A stretch of DNA of 64,000 bases from Candidatus Heimdallarchaeota archaeon (GTDB taxonomy: Archaea; Asgardarchaeota; Heimdallarchaeia; JABLTI01), in contig JAHLVW010000047.1 in NCBI GenBank assembly GCA_019058275.1, positions 31,996 through 95,995 of the forward strand, in the 5' to 3' direction. The notes beneath the pieces are model-generated. The model saw nothing but the letters and a program-made list of their open reading frames with translations, ran no database searches and was not told the origin of the DNA. A program made the translations under genes and the position numbers. Within the stretch, counting starts at the first letter, position 1, and each line of letters starts with the position of its first letter. Shown one piece after another: positions 57,407 through 64,000 of this stretch.

Positions 57407-58858
57407 ATGGTTAGTAACTTGTATGAACATCCAATGATAAAGTCCTATTTCAACAAGTATCCTAGACGAAGGAATAAGATAACTTCAGACCTAAGGATAT
57501 ATTGTAAAGAAAGGGGAATAACTGTTGATGAATTACTAGAACTAGGAGCGACTGAACATCAAAGATTCATTGACTATATACTCAATGCTAAGAATAACCG
57601 TGATGTCAACACTCGTAGGATACGGGTATCACAAATTAAACACTTCTTAAGGTTTCACGGTATTAATATTCCTAAATACACTCGAGTAAAACCGAAAAAG
57701 AAATCATACTATGATGGTGATGAAATACTTGAGCGGTATCTCTATTATGGTAGTTCATCTTATAGTGCTAGTTATCGCAAGAAATTATCCCTAACAACGT
57801 ATTGTAAATTTAGGAATATGACTCCTCAGGAAATATATCAAGAAGGATTGGATAAATCAGAAGAGGAACTACATTATCAAATAATGCTCTATTACAGAAA
57901 CGTGATAGAACCAAAAGGGAACAAGTCTGGATGGAAATCCTATATTACTCCTTTAATCCACTTCTATCTTAAAATGTGTAAGAAAAGTTGTGAATTCAAT
58001 TCTGGTGAACGCCCTCAAGGTGGAAAGCGATTAAGGGATAATGTAACTGTGAATAAGGATATTGTCAGGCAGTTATTAGAAGGAGCGGATGAACGCGATA
58101 GAATGGTCATACTTGCTCTATGGGATTCGGGTATGAATTCTGTTGACTTAGCAAATCTAACATATGGTATGCTAAAGAACTATCTTAATCTGGATAACCC
58201 TGAATTTATCAACGAAATTGCGGTCATAAAATATATCCGTCAGAAAACCAATAATGAATATTATATTGTATTTGGTAAACAATCATTAAGAGCAATGAGT
58301 GTATGGCTAAAAATGCGTAGGGATGGGAATTTATGGGAAAAAGAATCAATTGACGATTCTACTGTGATAATAACTCGTAAAACTTATCCGTTTGTCAAAT
58401 TACAATCCTTTTCATTCACCTATATCATAAAAACAAGGTCAAGGTTATGTGGATTTGATAAATATTACACTCCCGCTAATTTCAGAAACTCATTCAACAC
58501 TAGATTACAACGAGCAGGGGTATCCTATGTGGATAAAGAAATGTTAATGGGACATTCTATAGGATTAGATCATCATTACTTGGAAACAACTCCATCTTAC
58601 TACAGGGAACTCATAGAGGATATTTATGATGAGTATTTCAATCTTGATACTCTTGATTTACAGGATAAAACATTACGTCAAGACTTGATGGAAAAGGATA
58701 AATTGATTTCCCAACTTGCTACGGATAAGGAAAATCTCAGCGAAAAGGTTGAGGGTTTAGAATCAAAATTCAACTCTATGATAAAATTATTGAAATCTGG
58801 AAAAGGTGGAATCCTGTTAGAATATTCAGATACTTACGAGTCTGATGTAGAGGAATAA
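57407..58858 (+). CDS. tyrosine recombinase/integrase, non-canonical active site
   Basis: LWDSGMNSVDL..L.YG, RQKT, TPANFRNSF, LMGH, HY; duplicated N-terminal YC....T..E domains; C-terminal coiled coil. Confidence 0.85.
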   Translation: MVSNLYEHPMIKSYFNKYPRRRNKITSDLRIYCKERGITVDELLELGATEHQRFIDYILNAKNNRDVNTRRIRVSQIKHFLRFHGINIPKYTRVKPKKKSYYDGDEILERYLYYGSSSYSASYRKKLSLTTYCKFRNMTPQEIYQEGLDKSEEELHYQIMLYYRNVIEPKGNKSGWKSYITPLIHFYLKMCKKSCEFNSGERPQGGKRLRDNVTVNKDIVRQLLEGADERDRMVILALWDSGMNSVDLANLTYGMLKNYLNLDNPEFINEIAVIKYIRQKTNNEYYIVFGKQSLRAMSVWLKMRRDGNLWEKESIDDSTVIITRKTYPFVKLQSFSFTYIIKTRSRLCGFDKYYTPANFRNSFNTRLQRAGVSYVDKEMLMGHSIGLDHHYLETTPSYYRELIEDIYDEYFNLDTLDLQDKTLRQDLMEKDKLISQLATDKENLSEKVEGLESKFNSMIKLLKSGKGGILLEYSDTYESDVEE

Positions 58859-58869
58859 CCGCTCACTAG

Positions 58870-58883
58870 ACACTTATAAGTGT
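58870..58883. repeat. 14-bp perfect palindrome between integrase and Rep genes
   Basis: ACACTTATAAGTGT. Confidence 0.6.
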
Positions 58884-59035
58884 TATATGCTGTGAACACC
58901 CCGACAATCATTGAAAATACCTATTTAAATACAGAAACTCATAGTGTATATAGTTTTTATTTTATCAGAAATCAAAATTATTGTTCTATCTAATCTCCCG
59001 AGGGTTAGTGTAGACTAAAAGAAAGGTGATAAAAT

Positions 59036-60796
59036 ATGTCAATGAAATTAATACAATCAAAATTAACACCAAAAGAGTATATATTGAAAATCTCAGTTCA
59101 ACTCATTATCGGTCCTCCTGGTTCAGGAAAATCAAAATGGTATAAAGAAAATGAAATGTCTGGTGATGAAAAATCTATATTATTCGGTCATTCTCACGAT
59201 TTTATTGATGAACAAAAAGAATGGTTAGATGACTATATTCATCTTGAAGGATTTGATAGATTGTGTTTATGTATCCATGAAAAAAATCCATCTCTACCCG
59301 ATTTAATTATTAGAGCATATCATAATGCTAAATTCTCAAACAAAATAAAATGTGGAATATGTAGAGAAATAAACAAAGAAAAATATAATGATTGTCCTTT
59401 TCATAGGCGGTCTAAAAAGAAATCAAATAACATCCTTGCTCCATTTTCATACATTCCCACGAAAACTCTTAAGGACGGAATTTTTGATAATGTTATTATC
59501 GACGATTGTCCCGATAAATGCTTCCCACAACCACATATAGATGTTTTACAAAAGAAATTAGACGTGTTCCTAGATTTCACACCTAAAATGACTGTTAAGG
59601 AATTTATTGAAAGAGAAGATTTTGATGACCTCATCGAATGTTATCAACAAAATCATAGAAGTCGTTTAAGAGAACTAAGAGGATGTCTAGATCCTGACAT
59701 CATTACAAGCCATTCAGAAAGGTATGTATTACATATCAACTTTGATAAATTCCATGAATTCAAAACAAATGTGAATGAATATGGTTATCAAGAACAATAT
59801 TCACATCATGCCTACCTCAAATTATTTGATTATAAAAAGAATAATCCTGATACTGAAATAATAATTGTTGATGCCAATCCAAGTCAAATCATTCTCGATT
59901 TATTAAAAGAACGATTCTATTGTGATACAGGAGTTAAAGTCAATCTCAAAAGAAAATTAATGAAGTTTCTATCTGAACCTACTCCTACTATAATAACTAG
60001 ATTAGGAACAAGAAACGCATGTTATCCTTGCGGATCAATAGGCAAAAAACAACAATTGATGATGAAACTTATAGTTCAACATATCTTAGATTCACGTCAT
60101 AATGGTGGGTTTGATGAAAATGGAAATCCTCTAAAAATTGGAGTGCTTATTCGGATGTCTGACAATCTTTCCGATTATTTCTTCATGGAAACGGGGTTAG
60201 ATATTATTCAACCTTATCTCCATTTTGGTAATGTTAAATCCTCTAATAAATATCAGAATGTCAACCTCTATTTCATATTTGGGATGTATACAATTCCTTG
60301 GAAATCAATGGAAAAAAAATTCACTCTCATGTTTCATAAACAACCGAAATCTACGAAATCCATAAAGAAGGGAGATTATTACAATTATACTGAGGATGAA
60401 GAGTTAGACGCTTTTAGGGAATCGTATGTAGAATATGAACATTATCAACAAATAATGCGAGCTAGACCGTTTACAAATCCATGTCATATCTACAGTTTTG
60501 GTCCTATTCCTATGTCATACATTCCTAATCATATGGTTGTTGAGGAATTGGATATGTCTCCTTATGGTTGCCTTAAACGTGAAATATGGTTTGAAGGATT
60601 TATTAAAAATGAAGGTAAGGATCTTTCATTTGAGGAGATATGTAATGTAGTTGGAGAAGAATATCCAACAATGAAATCCATTAGAACACGAACGGATGCT
60701 ATCCGTAAATGGGTTAATAATAATCCTGACCTTGAGTTTGTTCACGATTCTTCTGATAGATATTATAAAATTCTAGGAGTGATACCAGTAAGATAA
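59036..60796 (+). CDS. SF2-like helicase / putative replication protein with Cys cluster and C-terminal wHTH
   Basis: Walker A IIGPPGSGKS, C.C..CGIC..CPFH, Walker B VIIDD, HFGNVKSSN, motif VI-like EHYQQIMRARP. Confidence 0.65.
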   Translation: MSMKLIQSKLTPKEYILKISVQLIIGPPGSGKSKWYKENEMSGDEKSILFGHSHDFIDEQKEWLDDYIHLEGFDRLCLCIHEKNPSLPDLIIRAYHNAKFSNKIKCGICREINKEKYNDCPFHRRSKKKSNNILAPFSYIPTKTLKDGIFDNVIIDDCPDKCFPQPHIDVLQKKLDVFLDFTPKMTVKEFIEREDFDDLIECYQQNHRSRLRELRGCLDPDIITSHSERYVLHINFDKFHEFKTNVNEYGYQEQYSHHAYLKLFDYKKNNPDTEIIIVDANPSQIILDLLKERFYCDTGVKVNLKRKLMKFLSEPTPTIITRLGTRNACYPCGSIGKKQQLMMKLIVQHILDSRHNGGFDENGNPLKIGVLIRMSDNLSDYFFMETGLDIIQPYLHFGNVKSSNKYQNVNLYFIFGMYTIPWKSMEKKFTLMFHKQPKSTKSIKKGDYYNYTEDEELDAFRESYVEYEHYQQIMRARPFTNPCHIYSFGPIPMSYIPNHMVVEELDMSPYGCLKREIWFEGFIKNEGKDLSFEEICNVVGEEYPTMKSIRTRTDAIRKWVNNNPDLEFVHDSSDRYYKILGVIPVR

Positions 60797-60804
60797 AATA
60801 ACAA

Positions 60805-60911
60805 TTTAATTAGTTAAATAGACATTAGTCATAAACGTAAATTCCTTTAATATAATACCGTTTATATATATATATCTACGTTTATGACTAATAGATATTT
60901 AATCAATTAAA
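60805..60911. repeat. large inverted repeat around a (TA)n core, candidate replication origin
   Basis: ATTAGTCATAAACGTA (60824-60839) / TACGTTTATGACTAAT (60877-60892) perfect 16 bp; outer arms 60805-60820 / 60896-60911 match 14/16. Confidence 0.75.
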
Positions 60912-60927
60912 CTGCTATTTAAGTAAA

Positions 60928-61085
60928 GACACTGTCCAAAAAGGTAGAGGTTAATTTAATCTCGGGATTTCTATTTTATCACCTTCTTAACTTTCTACTT
61001 TGGATAAAAGTGTTTATTAAAACATTTCCGACTGTTCTAGAGCCTCCTTTTACTAAAACGAGCCCTCTGGAACCTCGCTTTTGTT
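60928..61085 (+). ncRNA. candidate structured RNA (two G-U-containing hairpins, U-rich end) with loop antisense to the Rep RBS
   Basis: Stem 60928-60954/60987-61014; stem 61034-61073; loop TATTTTATCACCTT (60972-60985) is the exact reverse complement of 59023-59036. Confidence 0.45.
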
Positions 61086-61518
61086 GTTTATTAGATGTTT
61101 AGACATATGTCTCAATATTGTTTAACACTCACAATCACTGAAAATAAGTTTAAATTTGTAGAATACCTCTATCAAATAGTTTAGAAGTATTGAAAAGTCC
61201 AATCTTAAGAATTGAAGAGGTCTTATTCCTTCTTGATATTCTCTTCATTTCAGATAGTGGATATAGAATCTAAAAGAAAAAGAATTAATGATAAACCGAG
61301 TTTTAAGTGATTCTTTATTTTACCTTAAAGCCATTTAGAAGTTAGGATTCGGCTCTTGACTGTGACCGTTCTTAGTTCTATCTCACAAGGAAAGGCGATC
61401 GTGTAAGATTGTCAATTATGAATAATATAAAAATCAGACATAATATTGATTGTTCTGGTTGTCGGGGAAGAGGTTGATAAAATCGCTTCCTCTAAACCTA
61501 AAAGGAAGAATAAGAAAT

Positions 61519-61722
61519 ATGGAATCTGTAGAAGTTAATAAATCGGAGTTAATCACTCATGACAATTTGTTGTTCTGTTCAGCAAAATGTTATGAAAAGT
61601 GGTTAAATAAAGAGTTGAAAAAGTATAGACCAAAGAGAGTAAAAAGAAGAAGGGAAAATATACTCATCACTATTATTGGATTATCACTTGTGATTCTAAT
61701 ATTCTTACTTATGTATTTCTGA
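61519..61722 (+). CDS. small membrane-anchored protein with FCS..C half-finger (possibly 3' part of a frameshifted gene starting at 61418)
   Basis: LLFCSAKC, basic stretch, C-terminal TM helix. Confidence 0.5.
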   Translation: MESVEVNKSELITHDNLLFCSAKCYEKWLNKELKKYRPKRVKRRRENILITIIGLSLVILIFLLMYF

Positions 61723-61734
61723 AGACTTGATGAA

Positions 61735-61929
61735 ATGAGCAAATTTATAACCTTCATCATGAAAGTCATAGAAATTATTAGGGAATTCCTATCCGTTGTT
61801 AATCCAAGAGATGCAGCTATAAAGATGATTGTAATATTTTTATCTCTTTTGTTAGCAGTATCATTATTGCTTATAATCCTCAAGTTATTGGAAAAATGGA
61901 TAAAATCTATTATAGAAAAAAGGAGGTGA
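61735..61929 (+). CDS. small single-TM protein
   Basis: 64 aa with long hydrophobic helix; co-oriented in operon. Confidence 0.55.
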   Translation: MSKFITFIMKVIEIIREFLSVVNPRDAAIKMIVIFLSLLLAVSLLLIILKLLEKWIKSIIEKRR

Positions 61930-61933
61930 ATCT

Positions 61934-62122
61934 ATGGTCGATCAAGGAGTAAGTAGAACTGTCACAACGAGTGAATATATAACATATGCTATGATTATTC
62001 TTGGAGATGGAGAATACACAAAATTGACTCCAGAGAAAATCAAGTCGATAATAAAACACGTCAAGGATAAAACATTACTCATTGAAAACTTACAAATGAT
62101 CATAAAGGAACTCAGAAAATAG
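61934..62122 (+). CDS. small hypothetical protein
   Basis: Strong AGGAGGTGA SD upstream; overlaps next gene. Confidence 0.6.
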   Translation: MVDQGVSRTVTTSEYITYAMIILGDGEYTKLTPEKIKSIIKHVKDKTLLIENLQMIIKELRK

Positions 62123-62616
62123 TGGAGTCTGCTATAATTCGGACATGTCCAGTCTGTGGTTCACCACTAGGATATTGGCAAAATAAATACTGCTCTGTCC
62201 AATGTTGTGGATATGCAAAACGGAAGAGTCCTAAAAAGGAAGTTCCTAAAAAGATTCCTAAAAGGAAGGAGAAACTCGTATATTGTGATTACGCAAAAAT
62301 ATGTTTAGTTTGTGGAATTCCTTTATCTCATCTAAAAACTAAATCTAAATACTGTTCCCGTAAATGTCTTGGAATCTCAAGATGGAAAGATCCTAGAGGA
62401 ACTCAGAAGGAACTTAATAAACAGAATCCTAAACAGTGGACTGGGTATATGATTATAAAGAAGAATAAGGATAAAATCATCGACATCTTGGATAAAAATA
62501 AAGCCAATATAATGTTTCAATGTAAAAATTGTGGAATTGAATCAAGGAAAATATATTATAATCAAGAATTCTGTCATAGAGAATGTTATCAAGAATATAA
62601 GGAATCAATAAAATGA
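62122..62616 (+). CDS. multi zinc-finger protein (three CxxC..[YF]C[SH]xxC repeats)
   Basis: CPVCG..KYCSVQC, CLVCG..KYCSRKC, CKNCG..EFCHREC. Confidence 0.75.
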   Translation: MESAIIRTCPVCGSPLGYWQNKYCSVQCCGYAKRKSPKKEVPKKIPKRKEKLVYCDYAKICLVCGIPLSHLKTKSKYCSRKCLGISRWKDPRGTQKELNKQNPKQWTGYMIIKKNKDKIIDILDKNKANIMFQCKNCGIESRKIYYNQEFCHRECYQEYKESIK

Positions 62617-62798
62617 AAAAGAAACGGAAATATCTAGTTAAGAAATGTCTTCATTGTGGATGTAGATTTTATGACGATGTTTGCCCTAGATGCTCATCTA
62701 TACCTCGGGACAAGGAAGAGGTGGTATTGATTCCGATTGATGTTGATGATTATATAGTTGATGAGAAGGAAAAGAGAACCTTGGAGGTTATTGTTTAA
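62613..62798 (+). CDS. small zinc-ribbon protein
   Basis: CLHCG..CPRC; ATG overlaps upstream stop. Confidence 0.65.
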   Translation: MKKKRKYLVKKCLHCGCRFYDDVCPRCSSIPRDKEEVVLIPIDVDDYIVDEKEKRTLEVIV

Positions 62799-63046
62799 TG
62801 ATTTGTAATTATTCGAAATGTGATTTGCCTATAAGTCGTCATGGGACTAAATATTGTTCTTGTCACCATGCCGCTCTCGCGAGATGGGAAGATCCTTTGT
62901 ATAAGGATAAAATCCATACTCTTGAAAAACAAAAGAAAATGAGAAAAGGACATAAAAGATATTATGTTGAAAAGAGTCTGAAAAAGGAAGACAAATTGAT
63001 CAAGAAAGTTCAGAAAGAGGTTAGAAAGGGAATTACTGCTCATTAA
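62798..63046 (+). CDS. small zinc-finger, basic protein
   Basis: C...KC...KYCS.HH..ARW.DP, similar to repeat 2 of ORF 62122; TAATG coupling, GGAGG SD. Confidence 0.65.
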   Translation: MICNYSKCDLPISRHGTKYCSCHHAALARWEDPLYKDKIHTLEKQKKMRKGHKRYYVEKSLKKEDKLIKKVQKEVRKGITAH

Positions 63047-63117
63047 TACCATTTGTATCTCAATGAGACTGTGAAAAGAGTTATGACCTTCACAGTATTT
63101 TCATAAAAATTTTACCT

Positions 63118-63145
63118 ACTCTCCAACCTATGCTGGGGAGTTTTT
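63118..63145 (+). terminator. hairpin plus T-run after the small-ORF operon
   Basis: ACTCTCCA..TGGGGAGT followed by TTTT; second IR ACTGTGAA/TTCACAGT at 63068-63096. Confidence 0.45.
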
Positions 63146-63238
63146 CGGTTACAAAAACAAGGTCTAGCGGAGGCTAAAATGAATAGGAGTGAATAATATG
63201 AATAAAAAAAAAAAAGAATAAGAAAAAGGTGAAGAATA

Positions 63239-64000
63239 ATGAATTTTAATGAAATGAACAAGTTAACAGAAGAATGTGAGAATATTAGACTAAAAACTAG
63301 AGTGAAGAGTTTGGAACAAGAAGTGGAACGACTTCGTGAGAAGAAAACTACTACAAAGAAACGGAGATTCGGTAAACCATCTACAACAGGAATTGTCGCT
63401 TCATTCATAATTATTTTATTCATGGTTACGTCATTACCATATAATTATGAAGTGAATTCTGTTACAAGTCCTACATGGAGTGTTTCAAATACTGCACCTG
63501 CAAATAATGGAATTTGTTTAAATGCAGATGAAGTTGATCCCACATTCTCTGGAAAAGCGACAGTGAAGAATAATGATGCTGGGACAGCCACTTTTCAAGC
63601 AAATTGGAAATTATATGTTGATACAGTTCAAAAAGATAGTGGTTCTAAAACAAAAGTCATTGCTAGTGGAGTTACGGATGATATTACTTTCTGGACTACT
63701 TATGATGTCTACAGTGACGGTTTTGGTGAGCATACTTACTATTTTGGGGTGAATCTTAAATGTATTTTACCATGTAGTGACGATTTTGGCTCAAAAAGTG
63801 CTAGTTCGAGAACTATGTATGCAGTAGATTGGGTCTCTCACCATGTGAAAGCGGATGTTTATACACCCATGGATGAGTTCAGTTTTCCATACTTTACTAC
63901 GATCGAAACGTTTGGATATGACTGTTCTTTAAGTATTATTACTGGATCTTCTTACCAAATGGCAATAAATGCTCGTCTTTATGTTGATGATGTGTACAAG
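63239..64000 (+). CDS. type II membrane protein: coiled coil, TM, then extracellular Ig/CARDB-like beta domains (3'-truncated; absent from ORF track)
   Basis: Translated by hand, open to window end: MNFNEMNKL..RVKSLEQEVERLRE..GIVASFIIILFMV..ATVKNNDAG..WKLYVD..GEHTYYF..ARLYVDDVYK; AGGTGA SD at 63227. Confidence 0.75.
   Translation, partial: MNFNEMNKLTEECENIRLKTRVKSLEQEVERLREKKTTTKKRRFGKPSTTGIVASFIIILFMVTSLPYNYEVNSVTSPTWSVSNTAPANNGICLNADEVDPTFSGKATVKNNDAGTATFQANWKLYVDTVQKDSGSKTKVIASGVTDDITFWTTYDVYSDGFGEHTYYFGVNLKCILPCSDDFGSKSASSRTMYAVDWVSHHVKADVYTPMDEFSFPYFTTIETFGYDCSLSIITGSSYQMAINARLYVDDVYK

Larger units (their letters stand above)
57350..64000 (+). mobile_element. integrated mobile element / provirus-like region, continuing past the window; left edge approximate
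   Basis: Integrase, helicase-like Rep, palindromic intergenic DNA, then a co-oriented run of small orphan Zn-finger/TM ORFs; housekeeping genes stop abruptly. Confidence 0.75.

Noticed and set aside
63112-63423. Minus-strand 103-aa ORF
   Set aside because: Antisense to the better supported + strand gene starting at 63239
1-64000. CRISPR array, rRNA or IS transposase
   Set aside because: No regularly spaced repeats, rRNA-like segment or transposase motifs were seen

Overview
AT-rich archaeal chromosomal window, most likely from an Asgard archaeon (probably Heimdallarchaeia). This is inferred from archaeal core genes (rpoN, aIF2 alpha/gamma, S6e, Nop10, ASH-Ski2, AglB) found together with roadblock, longin, Arf-like and actin-fold proteins. 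About 1-57.3 kb is host chromosome: housekeeping genes, tRNA-Gly(CCC), an AprAB/AsfAB-like flavoprotein-ferredoxin pair flanked by a decayed copy of the tRNA 3' end, and three disrupted genes (including a large MMPL/RND pseudogene). From about 57.4 kb to beyond the window end lies an integrated mobile element. It carries a non-canonical tyrosine integrase, an SF2-like helicase/Rep, a large inverted repeat, a structured RNA antisense to the Rep ribosome-binding site, small Zn-finger and membrane ORFs, and a truncated Ig-like surface protein. Strongest novelty candidates: (1) a tightly packed operon of pseudo-Arf GTPase, AAA+ ATPase, vWA, degenerate zincin, HEAT and roadblock genes next to an actin-fold gene; (2) an apparent archaeal homologue of eukaryotic ODR-4; (3) a 7TM-longin-methyltransferase fusion; (4) an EF1A paralogue with eRF3/HBS1-like features; (5) the element's putative replication-control RNA. 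All calls come from reading motifs by eye; no database search or folding program was run.
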